Made by a program: the position numbers and the translations under genes. Shown here in pieces: positions 48,490-58,896 of a stretch of 64,000 nt of DNA (position 1 is the stretch's first letter; each line of letters begins with the position of its first letter). The stretch is from Amoebophrya sp. A120 (Eukaryota; Protista; Dinoflagellata). The stretch lies in NCBI GenBank assembly GCA_905178155.1, contig CAJINV010000005.1, forward strand, positions 922,564-986,563, in the 5' to 3' direction. The notes beneath the pieces were generated by a model that saw nothing but the letters and a program-made list of their open reading frames with translations, did no database searches and was not told the DNA's origin.

Positions 48490-50019
48490 ATGGGCTGCCT
48501 GGACTTCCTCTGCGGTGCGTCGGACAAGGCGAAGATGACGCTCCTGGAGAACGGCGCGTTGACGGAGCTCGCGTGCTTGCGCCAGGAGTTGATCTTGGCC
48601 CGCGACGACAACCGCGAGACCAAGCAGAAACTGCAGGAAATGGAAAACAAAATGAAGAACTCCACCCCGGACAACAGCCCCGTGTGCGAGGATGTCGATG
48701 ACGACATTTTATCGCGTCTCGAAATTCCCGCTCCCGCGTGTTCTTCGTGCGATGTGGAATTGCTGGACAAGTACTCCAACTTGCTGGACAAGTTTGAAGC
48801 GCTGCAGAACAAGCATGACGCTTTTGTCACCATGATGGAGGAAAAGATCAAAGAAGCAACTCCGGCGGAGCAGAACAAGAAGATCGCGCCCCGTGCGGGA
48901 CAGCGCATTACCCGGATGGACTGGCAGGAGATTAACGAGGTGATCCCGATCCCCGCCAAGGAGTTAACCAAGCTGGATGAGAAGAAGATCGACCTGTTAA
49001 AGTTCCCGCCGAAGCGAGCGGAGATGTCCCGGCGCAGCTGGTTCCGTTCCGTGCACAGCTGGGCGAAGAACCAGCGCAAGGTGGGACAAACGAATGAAGA
49101 CATCGGTCAGGCCGTGTTGGACTACGCGCTCAAGGAAAAAGATCCGGAGCGCGGTCATGCGGAAGGCGCGGATACCACCGATATCGTGAAAATGATGACT
49201 ACGGTCGAACAGCGCTTGGCGCCGTATGCCCGCAAGGTCTCTTCGATCATCACGGACAACTTGCCCATGTTGAAACGCATGGACGGCATCAGTCCGCACG
49301 ACTTCCTCTCCAAGCTGAAGAAATTTTATGAACTGGAAGATGAGATCCGCCCGGAGAAGCGCCCGGAGACGGACCGCGTCGACCAGGCGTTGAAATCGCT
49401 TTTGATCAAGGAATCCACCCGCACCACGTTGCGGACTTTGATCGACACGGACGGTCGCGAGTACTGCATGGAAACACTGCTCGACGAGACCGACCGCATC
49501 GCCAGTGATGACAACTGCCGCTACAACCCGCTGGACGACACCCACTGGAAGAACGACGTCGGCGAGAGGGACTTGATGGATGTTCTGATGGCCGCGGTCA
49601 AGGGAGAGTCGACCAGCTCCTCCACCATCCCGAGAGGAACCGGTGGTGGTGGAAACCCAAACGGCGGTGGTACTGTGAACCCGAAGAAAACCGGGGGAGG
49701 AAAGGGATTTCTGACTGACACCGGAAACGGAGAAGGGGGAAACGGCGGTAACGGTGGAAATACCAATCCGCCGGGCGGAAACGGTGGACCCGGGATGAAG
49801 AGCGAATGCAAGTTTGGTGACAAGTGCCAGAACTTGCTGAAGCGCGGAACGTGCCGGTTTAACCACCCGAAGAAGGAACGCATGGCCTTGATGTCGCTGT
49901 GGAAGAAAAACTTCCCGGAGGAAGCTGCGGCGCGCGAGGAATATGTGAACAAGATGAAGAAGATCGAGGGTGAGAAGAAGCCCGCCGGCGAGGCCGCCGG
50001 TTCGACGATCAATCCGTGA
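48490..50019 (+). CDS. gag: Gag-like protein (509 aa)
   Basis: First ORF after the PBS, with a coiled coil, Gly-rich linker and a C-x5-C-x8-C-x3-H finger. Confidence 0.85.
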   Translation: MGCLDFLCGASDKAKMTLLENGALTELACLRQELILARDDNRETKQKLQEMENKMKNSTPDNSPVCEDVDDDILSRLEIPAPACSSCDVELLDKYSNLLDKFEALQNKHDAFVTMMEEKIKEATPAEQNKKIAPRAGQRITRMDWQEINEVIPIPAKELTKLDEKKIDLLKFPPKRAEMSRRSWFRSVHSWAKNQRKVGQTNEDIGQAVLDYALKEKDPERGHAEGADTTDIVKMMTTVEQRLAPYARKVSSIITDNLPMLKRMDGISPHDFLSKLKKFYELEDEIRPEKRPETDRVDQALKSLLIKESTRTTLRTLIDTDGREYCMETLLDETDRIASDDNCRYNPLDDTHWKNDVGERDLMDVLMAAVKGESTSSSTIPRGTGGGGNPNGGGTVNPKKTGGGKGFLTDTGNGEGGNGGNGGNTNPPGGNGGPGMKSECKFGDKCQNLLKRGTCRFNHPKKERMALMSLWKKNFPEEAAAREEYVNKMKKIEGEKKPAGEAAGSTINP

Positions 50020-53000
50020 ATTGTCACACCTCCGACGCACGGATCTTCGGAATCAGGAGTGGCTACTGACTTTGCGTCGGGAGAGGAAAACAGTAGTAGA
50101 AAAACAACCAACAATTTCTGGAAAAACAAACTATCCGCATTGAAAAATAAACCCTCCAGCACCACCGGAGCTTCTCTGTGTTCCCACGGGAGAAGCGCGC
50201 CGATTGTGCAAGTAAATGTTGAACTTTCTTTGCCGTGCGAGCACGGAAAACAACGACCACCTACCTGTTCGTCGTCCTCTGAAGAATCGAACTCGGCGAA
50301 CGAACAAGCTCAATTTTCCGCGGAGCAGCAAACTTCGCATGACAAAAATTCACCTTCCCCTGCTGCTGAACAACAATTCAAAATCCAGCAGCCGGTTTCT
50401 GCTCCCCATGTGGAGCCACACGAGAACTTACCACCCCGGATTCCGCCTCTGCAGTTTTCTTCCTCAGACGCGTCCGCGGTGGATCCTACACTACGCATTC
50501 CCACGGTCTCCTCTACCTCGGACTCGAACAAAATTTCCATCGTGTCCAAGTCGGAGCCGTCACAAGTTTCTGTTCAGTCAGACCAGAATCAAGCATTGCC
50601 ATGCGGCGCAAGTCGAGGGGACTCTCACAGGTCCTTTGTTTTAGATGAGCCCCCGCATGCAACTGATCCTACCGATCTTGCATCAAAAATTAAACAGCCC
50701 TCCATGCCTTCCTATCCTGAACTGTCCCGCGAGTCCAACATCGTCGGGAAGTCCGAAGACGCTACGTCGGATGGGGGCCATGTGATGCGTAACAGCGACT
50801 CCTCGGTTTCTGCGGACCGCATTACGCTGCCCTCCCAGTTTCGATCACCGCGGAAAACGGTGAGAACAAGTAACCGCGGCACGGCGAAGAAGCGTGAGCT
50901 CACGCTCTCCAGTCGATTTGCGGCGCTTGCAGGTGACGATCCAGCGGAGGAAGAAGATGCCGTCGTAAAGCAGGAACCTAGCGACGGGAGTATCCAAATC
51001 AAAGATGAAAATTTGTCCAGTGACGTTGTCATGGATGAGCCAACCCGTGATCGGGAGCCAGGTGATGCTGTGCTGCGCTCCACTTTGTCTAGTGCTAGTG
51101 GTAGCTCGCGCGCGTCGCGCAATACAAATTCTGGGAGCAGTGGTTCGGGAGTGCGCACTCCAACTCCACGCCCGGGTAGCAAACAGCACAAGCGGTGGCT
51201 TGAAGGTGTAGCTCCTTCAACCAACTTTTGCGACCCTTCAAGTGACATCCGCTACAGTTTAAAACCAACAATAATCCCGAACGAGCCCACGTTGGTGCCC
51301 GTTTTGGAAAGTAGCAGCGAAGAAATAGCCGGCACAACAGTTTCTAACTCCTCCGCGCCCATGTCGAGTTCGGAAAAGGAGACAACCACTTCGTCTGCAA
51401 ATCAGTATCGTCCTGCGCCTCGCAGGAAGAAAAACAACAACAAGGGTGCTGGAAAAGGACCATATGGAAAAGCCTCTTCCCGCAGTCCTGCAACAAAAAA
51501 AAAAGCGGCAACATTTACGAAAACACTGCCGCCACAGCCAAGACCTCCAGCTGAAGCTCCCGCGGCTAGTAGTCGCGTACTTCCAGGAGAAAGTAATCTG
51601 GAGCTTGCGGCGCGCTCGTCCGACTTTGACAACTTAGTTTCGGACATCACCGCAGTAAAATCGAATTCAAACCAGGCGACGAGCGGCAGTTCTGCATCAT
51701 CGGAGGACCAGCTGTCCCAGCCAGAAAGTAACAACGAGCCAAACCCGGAAACGGCGACAGCTCGCAGTCAAGTTTCTCCTGTTCTGAGTAACAAGCGGCC
51801 GAAGCCCGCGTCAGACCAGGAAGAAAAGCAAGGACAGTCTCCGAATCTACTTACAAGTCGAGACGAGTCGCGATTCGGAGACAAGAAGCGAAAATTTGCG
51901 CGGGGTTTCTTCTCGAAGAAAGTCCGGAAGTACGGCGAAATACTCCACAACAGGAAGAAGGAGTTTTTAAAGCGGCGCGCAGGGGGACTTGCAGGATTAG
52001 ATTCCGACTGCAGTCATAACACCGTCCCTTCATCCTTGCGCCCGATTTTACAAGAACTAACGAACGGCGGGATCTACCAACCAGAAGATCCGGTGCAGTT
52101 TGGAACCATGAACAACGACCCGGATGGAAGCTCCGCACCAACAGCGAACGAGCGGGCGCGGCTCTTCTATCGGATAAAAAATGAACCAGAACCAAGAATT
52201 TACACGGGCATCTTCGAGATTGTTGACAACTCCACGGTGTCCAGCATGCCAGTGCTCTTAGGTAACCCCACGCTGGTGGACTACCAAGGATGCATCTGTT
52301 ATGATAGCAACCCTGCCTACTGCATGTTGGCAGGCAAGTGTATTGACCTCGATCCCAACGCAGGCATTGCTATGCTGGACATCGAGTTTGTCTCCAATCG
52401 CGAAGCTGTCCAGGCGGGGTACGTAGAGCCGAATCCTGCCGCTGCTCCGCAGAAAACCCGCAGAACACCAAGGAAGAGGATTCGGAAGAAACAGCAACGG
52501 ACAACTACGCCGTCTACTGCTTCTGGAGAAGACGCTTCTGATTCTGACGGGGAAGAAAATGTACTTGGTGCGCGTGCTCTTCTAACCATGCCGAACAAAG
52601 TCAGCAAGGTCAAGAAGAAGGTCACGGGAACGCCATATTACGAAAAACTTGATGATGAGGCGCGCGGGAGAATGGCGATGGAGTACATGACATCCATGTC
52701 GTTCCTGGCGCAGGCACAACAGCAAAAACAACAAGAAGTGCAGCAGTCGCTCAAGAACAAAACCAAGGAGGAACTGCTGCAAATTGTCCAGGAAAAGTGT
52801 CCGGGACTAAACGATGAAGACACGGAGTGGGTGGCGTGCTGCTTTCTCTCCGGAAACGAACTTGGCCTCGATCTTGATTCACATCCTGATGTGCAGAGCG
52901 AGGAAGAAGAAGCAGCTTCAGACGAGGAAAACTTTCTGGAGTCAGCCGAAAACAGCAATGAAGAATCCCGCCCCAGTTCAATCAGCATTGACCAACTGGA

Positions 53001-56000
53001 GCAGGAATTTCCAACACTTTCCCGGGGCGAACTGCAGTGGTTGAAGAAACAACACGAGCAGCTCGGACACTCAGCTGCGCTCGAGCATCTTTTCCGCGGC
53101 GCGGCGAAAAAGGCGATGAAGCGCATTAGAAGCTTCTGTTCAAAATGTCGCTCGCTGGATGATGCGAAGCGAATAATGGAGCGCGGTTCGCTCCTCCAAT
53201 TTTCGCCGAACAAAAACGTGTGCTGGGTGGCGGACAGCATGAAGAGCAGGCTGGGGAAGTGTGTGTACGTTTTGGACACCTGCACACGGCTCCGCTCCTG
53301 TGAATTATCCGAAGAAACAACTGGTGGTCTTACCGCAGCAGCAGTGCGTGGCGTGATGATGCTGCGAATGCTATCGGGAGGATCGCCACAACGAATTGTG
53401 GTGGACGAGGGCGTCGAGTTTTGCAACGAGCTTTTTCGCAAGGTGTGCAACTCTCTGAACATCCGCCTCGTCCGCGCGGGGTACAAAGCAGCCAACCGCA
53501 TATCCAAAATAGAAAGAATGAATGGTGTACACCGCTCCAATGTTTGGAAATACACCACCACGCCGTTCGACCCTTCGCTTGAAATTTTGCTGTGGAGTCG
53601 AGCGTCGCGTGAAGTGCTGTCTTCTTCAATGGAGGAAGCACTCGATGAATTGCTAAAACAAGAAGCAGACGCAGACGAGAACGACGCTTCGATCGCGTTG
53701 AAGCACGAATTGGTGAGGGAGCACGTTTTCCAAATAAATTCCGTGCCGATCCTCACCACCTGCCTCACTCCGTTTGCGTTGTCGAGCGGGAGTTTCTATG
53801 CCGGAGCGCATGACTGGGAGCGGCTCGCTGCTGACCTGCATCACGATCCGGAATTCAGTGCCGACTTGGATGACTGGTTCAAAACCAAAGCGAAGATCCA
53901 GTCCGCGGTGCGAAAAGCGATCACCCGCCTCGACGTGCAGCAGTTACTACAACGCCGTGAGCTGGTGGGACGTTCATACAAACGCTGCCTGGATTCGTCT
54001 CTTCTCTCTCCCAACATGGAAGTACTAGTACGACGACCCGACGGCTCTTTTCGCTCCTGGGAAACAGGAACAGTACGAACAGTGTTTGATCACGGCGCCG
54101 ACGTGCAGGTGGGCCAGGGAACTTCGTTTTACCAGCCCACGGACATTGCGCTAATACAGGTGGAGGACCCGATGAAAGTTGCGTTGGAATCCTACCCCGA
54201 CGAGTCCACCGCGATGGAAATTCAGGAACGCTTGCACTCCCATCGTGATGAAGATGAAGATCCAATATTTCAAGATCCTCTCACAGCTGTACAAGGCACG
54301 CGCAGCACGCTACGCGGCGAAGCCCTAGGTGCGGAAGAGCTAGGACACACATGCAAAATTTGTCATCGAAATTTCACTAGCCGAAATCGTCTCTTGCAAC
54401 ATACTGCACTGGTGCATGGAGATGGGAGTGCAAATGTCGCTGACAATCCAGAAGTCCGCCCGGAGCTTCCAGTCCAGTACAAGACCGGAAAACGAAGGCG
54501 GATTGCGTTAAACGAGGACGAGGAATCGGACTCAGAAGATGACGATGAAGATACGCCGGACAGCGATGCTGCACCGGTACAAGAAGAAGAAAGCCGCGAC
54601 GACAATCCTCTGTTCCACATCCAACGCAACAGGGATGACAGCGTGGCGCAAAATTTGCTGGAGTCTTCCGACGAGGGTGTAGCGCCAGCACTGCCATCCG
54701 TCGCTTCTGCGGCTGGGCGAGACGACGAGTGGGTGGAAACCGAAACAGAAAATATCCGATATCACGTTCAGCCTCGGACGCGCGCGATTTTGCCGAACCG
54801 GGGCGAAGGAATCAACTGGGAGTTCCTGACCGGGGAGAGAAGAACCGAATACGGCCTCCTCAACTTCCCAAAAGAAGCAGTGCGTGTGTTGAGTGACAAC
54901 ATCAAGAAGCCCAAGACCAGCAAAGGACGCACCCGGCTTGCGGGATATCAGGAATGGGTGGGGACTACCACCTTCAAGAAAAAGGAGGACGCGCCGGTGA
55001 TCGGCGTGATACCGTCGTTCCGAGCTGAAGTTGTATCTCTCGGAAAAATGGCCGCTGCAGAAAAACATGCATACTTTCGCGAAAAGTTTGAAGCAGTGGA
55101 AAGAGCAGCTCGTGTTTCGCAGCGAGAGCTCATGAGGAAAACCCGCGGCGCAGCGGCAAATAATCAACCTGCACCTCCGCGGCGAGCACAAAAGGTGGTG
55201 GCTCCTGCTTCGTCTTTCTGGACATTCAACACGCGCCCCGAGCCGGAATTCCAGTACGATCAAGCAGGAATCAAGCTAGAACCAGGCGAGCTTGTAGTTG
55301 ACAACTACCAGCTTAATCCGAAAATACAAAAGCAACTTCGTAACTGCGTCAGCGCCATGCAACTCGAGGTCCAGCAGGGTAAGATTTTTCTCACCGTGGC
55401 AGAACCAGATGATGGCGGCGCCAATGTGGAGCGGGCGTATGACTTTTCTGTCATCCCCGCGGTGGAACAACATCTACACAAGAAAGAACAGCACATGGGC
55501 AGACTCATGACGTCGGACAACGTGTGCTGGTTGTGGAGCCAGTTGATGAACGGCAAATGCATAAAAAAGCTGATCAACGCGAAGGACAACTCGAAAGACA
55601 TCCGCTACGTGTGTACAGCTACCGAAATAAAGAAAAACAAACCTGCGGAGAAACAGTTCCGCGGAAATAGTATTCTTCTTCGCTGGGGACCGACGTGTGC
55701 GCCGGAATTTCTGGATGAAGAAAAGCCAGAAGAGTGGAGCAAAGAATCCGATGCATGGTACGCGCGGATTTATTTTGAAGTCACTCGCACCGTGAAAGAG
55801 AACCTGCAGAAGCATGCAAACGGAACGAAAGCAAGCGCGCTTGTGATAGATGAAGCAACCGCGTACCAGCTCGGGTTCGAATCGCTGTTCATCCCCTCGG
55901 TAAAAGGAGAAGAACAAGCGATCATCGACCACAAGATCTTCGGGGAACAACGCTCGTGGAGCAGTGTAACTCCGGCGGAGAAAAAGAAGATGAATCTGCT

Positions 56001-58797
56001 TACTAGTCGCTTGGTGGTAACCGTGAAGGTCGAGCCAGGCGGGCGGGTTACGAAAGTAAAGAGCCGATGGGTGAGCAGGGGATTTTTGGACAAGAGGTTT
56101 GGCCCGAAGTCCTCCGTGACGCTTTCATGTCGCAGCTTCACCATGCACGACACGACGCTGATTGCGCTTCTCCAGTTTTTCCAGGCCACAAAGACGTCGC
56201 CCTGGATCGGGGATTTTAAAGAAGCCTTCCTCAAGGGTTTCAGCTTCGACGCGGCGCACGGCGAAAATGATGACTACTACAAAGATTCTGCATCCAAGAT
56301 CTGGATGACCGTGCCGGACACGATCAAGAACATGAAGGAATACGGCTTCTCGGATCTGGTGGAACTCATCGCAGCAATTTACGGATGCAAGGATGCTCCG
56401 TACAATTGGATGAAGACGCTGTTCGCCTCGCTCACCACGCTTGGATACCAGCAAAGCAAACTCGACCCGACGTTGTGGGTGTGTACTGCGACGCCGGAAG
56501 AAGAAGAAGTACTAGCACGGGGTCCGGACGCTGTCCGCGCCTACTTCGACGAAAAATTAGAACAACTGCTAGCAGTCGACTCCGAAAACTTGGAACAGTG
56601 TGCAAGGGTCATCTACGGCGCCAAGAAAGACAACGTCGTGGATCCTGCTCCGCTGAAGCCCGGTGGGTCGTTTGCGAACATCGAAAGTGAGAAAATCGTG
56701 AACTCCCTGACCTCGCATGTTCAGCTCCGCGGCACTTTGCTCGGAGCGCTGGGAAGTCATGTTGATGACACCCTCTCCGGTGGCACGTTGCTGTACCAGC
56801 TCCGAAATTTTGCGCTTTTTCGGCGATATGAATTAGGAAGCTGGAGTTGCTTGCGGCCAGGGAGGAAAGATGCTTTTATCGGGCGGCAAATTTCCGTGGT
56901 TCCCACCGAGATCCACCGCTACCAAACACAACAAGCTCTGAAAAAGCACAAAACGGAGCTTGAAAAGATGGAATTTGAAACCCCGGCGGAATTCCTACGG
57001 CCGGTGGATGAAAGCAAAATTTCCGGACTGGAGCGCGAGTATGATATCACCCGCGATCAAGGTCCAACCACATACAACAACGTCGAAGCGCTGAAGTTCG
57101 ACGCAAAGCAACTAGTCGACTGGTGTGAACAGCACGAGGATGTAGTCTACGTGGTGTCCCAGTCCAACTACCTCTCCAAAGTGGTACCGATTGAGAAGGC
57201 TGAAGTGTTGCAGTTTTTTCACGACCGCGACACTGCACGCACGAAAATGCAAAAGAAGGCAGTACAGAATCCGTTTCGAGGACGCATAGGTGAACTGTTG
57301 TGGAGCACCAAAACCGCAGCTCTCATCCTGTGCCTGACGAGCATGCTGGCAAGCCAACTCATCCCAGCGGAACAAGCAAACAGCTACGAACAGGTTGCAG
57401 ATTATGTCTGCGACATGAACAACCTGATTTGGTACGCGAACGAAATGGACTGCGCAAGCCGGAGAGTAATGCGGATTGGCGACCTCCACCAGCACTTTGT
57501 CATCGGATGTGCGGACGCATCTATGTCGCGGGTCGGCGGCACGGTGAACCTAGTCGGCCCGGAGTCCGATTTTATCACAACTCTTCTTGCTTTTTCAAAA
57601 AGCCCGAAAAGAGTGTTCCATAGTTCTACGGGTATTGAACTACTGGGACAACGACTGCTGTGTTCAGAAAGTTTGTATCTGACACAACTCGCGCTGGACT
57701 TGCACCTTACCAGGTTGGGCAACGTGCTCCTCCAGCTCACCGACAGTCGCAACTGTCTTGCAGAACCAAAAGAGAAAAATCTACGCAGTGACTACATGAA
57801 CATTTTACAACTTCAAGAAGGCAAGGTCATGTCCATCGCACACATAGCGGGAAAGAAAAACTGGACAGACGCGCTCACCAAGGAAGTTCGCCTCGTCGCC
57901 GACGCACTGTTGCTGCTCCTCTCCGTGTGGGGTGTTGCGGACGAGTCTGTGATGAAGGTGATTCGAAAATTTATCGCCGAAGAACAGAAGCGATTCGCAA
58001 CCAAGTGTGCGAATTTTGAAGCAGGAGAGCTGCCCGCTACTGGTATGGACGTGGAGGAAGAGGAAATGGATTTGAATCCGGAACAAGAAGACCTCTTGCA
58101 GGAGCCAGCAGCTACGCAGGCTGCGTTGTCGTATGTTACGGCAGCGTCAGCGGTAGGATGGACGGAAACAGCGGAGCAGTGGATTTATCACCATGGAAGT
58201 GAGCCGCGACGTCACCTGTTACATCCTCAGGAAGAAAAACAAGATGTGAAATTTTTGAATGAAATTCCACCAGTAAGGAAGAGTAGCGGAAAGTGGGACG
58301 AGGGAGAAGATTATGTTGTATTCTGGCATAACGACATGATGCAGTGCTCCAGCTTTTCCCCACCGCAGCAAGACCTTCTCAGCGCCGGCATTTTGCTACG
58401 CGGAGAAAGGCAGACGTTTTTATCAAGAACTACCAGTACAAAAACTGAAATCCGGAGCTGCGTCGATACCTGGCAGCAATGCGGTACGAAAAACCGCGGA
58501 GAACTAGATGAACTTCTGCACAGCAAGTTTTTACCTATCTGCACCATTTTCTTCAAGGTGCCGAAAGCAGTACAACTATCCAATCTCGACCTGAAGTACG
58601 GACCAGTTAGCAAGAACCTTTTACCACAACGCACTACCCACTACAAGATCACGCTGCACGGGAAGGAGATACAGCACCACGACGTCTGGGATGGACCGAA
58701 GACCTCGTTTTTCATCGACGGAAGACCCTTCTGGGCGGTAAAGACAATCTTCTACAAGCGACGTGTGGGCTTCTTTTCCGCGGGAGAACAGCAGTAG
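50020..58797 (+). CDS. pol: Copia Pol polyprotein (protease, integrase, C2H2 finger, RT, RNase H), in the gag frame
   Basis: LDSDCSH/VLLGN (protease); HEQLGH..CSKC plus D..DEGVEF..ERMN (integrase); KSRWVSRG, DFKEAFL, IYGCKDAP, HVDD (RT); ADAS..E..TDS..DALTK (RNase H). Confidence 0.93.
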   Translation: MVTPPTHGSSESGVATDFASGEENSSRKTTNNFWKNKLSALKNKPSSTTGASLCSHGRSAPIVQVNVELSLPCEHGKQRPPTCSSSSEESNSANEQAQFSAEQQTSHDKNSPSPAAEQQFKIQQPVSAPHVEPHENLPPRIPPLQFSSSDASAVDPTLRIPTVSSTSDSNKISIVSKSEPSQVSVQSDQNQALPCGASRGDSHRSFVLDEPPHATDPTDLASKIKQPSMPSYPELSRESNIVGKSEDATSDGGHVMRNSDSSVSADRITLPSQFRSPRKTVRTSNRGTAKKRELTLSSRFAALAGDDPAEEEDAVVKQEPSDGSIQIKDENLSSDVVMDEPTRDREPGDAVLRSTLSSASGSSRASRNTNSGSSGSGVRTPTPRPGSKQHKRWLEGVAPSTNFCDPSSDIRYSLKPTIIPNEPTLVPVLESSSEEIAGTTVSNSSAPMSSSEKETTTSSANQYRPAPRRKKNNNKGAGKGPYGKASSRSPATKKKAATFTKTLPPQPRPPAEAPAASSRVLPGESNLELAARSSDFDNLVSDITAVKSNSNQATSGSSASSEDQLSQPESNNEPNPETATARSQVSPVLSNKRPKPASDQEEKQGQSPNLLTSRDESRFGDKKRKFARGFFSKKVRKYGEILHNRKKEFLKRRAGGLAGLDSDCSHNTVPSSLRPILQELTNGGIYQPEDPVQFGTMNNDPDGSSAPTANERARLFYRIKNEPEPRIYTGIFEIVDNSTVSSMPVLLGNPTLVDYQGCICYDSNPAYCMLAGKCIDLDPNAGIAMLDIEFVSNREAVQAGYVEPNPAAAPQKTRRTPRKRIRKKQQRTTTPSTASGEDASDSDGEENVLGARALLTMPNKVSKVKKKVTGTPYYEKLDDEARGRMAMEYMTSMSFLAQAQQQKQQEVQQSLKNKTKEELLQIVQEKCPGLNDEDTEWVACCFLSGNELGLDLDSHPDVQSEEEEAASDEENFLESAENSNEESRPSSISIDQLEQEFPTLSRGELQWLKKQHEQLGHSAALEHLFRGAAKKAMKRIRSFCSKCRSLDDAKRIMERGSLLQFSPNKNVCWVADSMKSRLGKCVYVLDTCTRLRSCELSEETTGGLTAAAVRGVMMLRMLSGGSPQRIVVDEGVEFCNELFRKVCNSLNIRLVRAGYKAANRISKIERMNGVHRSNVWKYTTTPFDPSLEILLWSRASREVLSSSMEEALDELLKQEADADENDASIALKHELVREHVFQINSVPILTTCLTPFALSSGSFYAGAHDWERLAADLHHDPEFSADLDDWFKTKAKIQSAVRKAITRLDVQQLLQRRELVGRSYKRCLDSSLLSPNMEVLVRRPDGSFRSWETGTVRTVFDHGADVQVGQGTSFYQPTDIALIQVEDPMKVALESYPDESTAMEIQERLHSHRDEDEDPIFQDPLTAVQGTRSTLRGEALGAEELGHTCKICHRNFTSRNRLLQHTALVHGDGSANVADNPEVRPELPVQYKTGKRRRIALNEDEESDSEDDDEDTPDSDAAPVQEEESRDDNPLFHIQRNRDDSVAQNLLESSDEGVAPALPSVASAAGRDDEWVETETENIRYHVQPRTRAILPNRGEGINWEFLTGERRTEYGLLNFPKEAVRVLSDNIKKPKTSKGRTRLAGYQEWVGTTTFKKKEDAPVIGVIPSFRAEVVSLGKMAAAEKHAYFREKFEAVERAARVSQRELMRKTRGAAANNQPAPPRRAQKVVAPASSFWTFNTRPEPEFQYDQAGIKLEPGELVVDNYQLNPKIQKQLRNCVSAMQLEVQQGKIFLTVAEPDDGGANVERAYDFSVIPAVEQHLHKKEQHMGRLMTSDNVCWLWSQLMNGKCIKKLINAKDNSKDIRYVCTATEIKKNKPAEKQFRGNSILLRWGPTCAPEFLDEEKPEEWSKESDAWYARIYFEVTRTVKENLQKHANGTKASALVIDEATAYQLGFESLFIPSVKGEEQAIIDHKIFGEQRSWSSVTPAEKKKMNLLTSRLVVTVKVEPGGRVTKVKSRWVSRGFLDKRFGPKSSVTLSCRSFTMHDTTLIALLQFFQATKTSPWIGDFKEAFLKGFSFDAAHGENDDYYKDSASKIWMTVPDTIKNMKEYGFSDLVELIAAIYGCKDAPYNWMKTLFASLTTLGYQQSKLDPTLWVCTATPEEEEVLARGPDAVRAYFDEKLEQLLAVDSENLEQCARVIYGAKKDNVVDPAPLKPGGSFANIESEKIVNSLTSHVQLRGTLLGALGSHVDDTLSGGTLLYQLRNFALFRRYELGSWSCLRPGRKDAFIGRQISVVPTEIHRYQTQQALKKHKTELEKMEFETPAEFLRPVDESKISGLEREYDITRDQGPTTYNNVEALKFDAKQLVDWCEQHEDVVYVVSQSNYLSKVVPIEKAEVLQFFHDRDTARTKMQKKAVQNPFRGRIGELLWSTKTAALILCLTSMLASQLIPAEQANSYEQVADYVCDMNNLIWYANEMDCASRRVMRIGDLHQHFVIGCADASMSRVGGTVNLVGPESDFITTLLAFSKSPKRVFHSSTGIELLGQRLLCSESLYLTQLALDLHLTRLGNVLLQLTDSRNCLAEPKEKNLRSDYMNILQLQEGKVMSIAHIAGKKNWTDALTKEVRLVADALLLLLSVWGVADESVMKVIRKFIAEEQKRFATKCANFEAGELPATGMDVEEEEMDLNPEQEDLLQEPAATQAALSYVTAASAVGWTETAEQWIYHHGSEPRRHLLHPQEEKQDVKFLNEIPPVRKSSGKWDEGEDYVVFWHNDMMQCSSFSPPQQDLLSAGILLRGERQTFLSRTTSTKTEIRSCVDTWQQCGTKNRGELDELLHSKFLPICTIFFKVPKAVQLSNLDLKYGPVSKNLLPQRTTHYKITLHGKEIQHHDVWDGPKTSFFIDGRPFWAVKTIFYKRRVGFFSAGEQQ

Positions 58798-58882
58798 TGA
58801 CGGGATTTTCAAGTACTACCAGTTTCAGAACGATTTTTGGAAATATCTTGTGTTTCACGAGTAGCCCCGGATCACCATCGAC

Positions 58883-58894
58883 GAAAAAAAGAGG
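58883..58894 (+). other. Polypurine tract GAAAAAAAGAGG
   Basis: Ends 2 nt upstream of the 3' LTR. Confidence 0.8.
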
Positions 58895-58896
58895 TG

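Noticed and set aside
35880-50019. Genome-wide stop-codon reassignment to explain the two in-frame UGAs
   Set aside because: Long ORFs and conserved genes (GalE, ABCE1, pol) have no internal stops and end on ordinary stops.
48375-53768. Long antisense ORFs opposite gag/pol (and opposite the RdRP and PCIF1-like genes)
   Set aside because: Shadow ORFs caused by codon bias.
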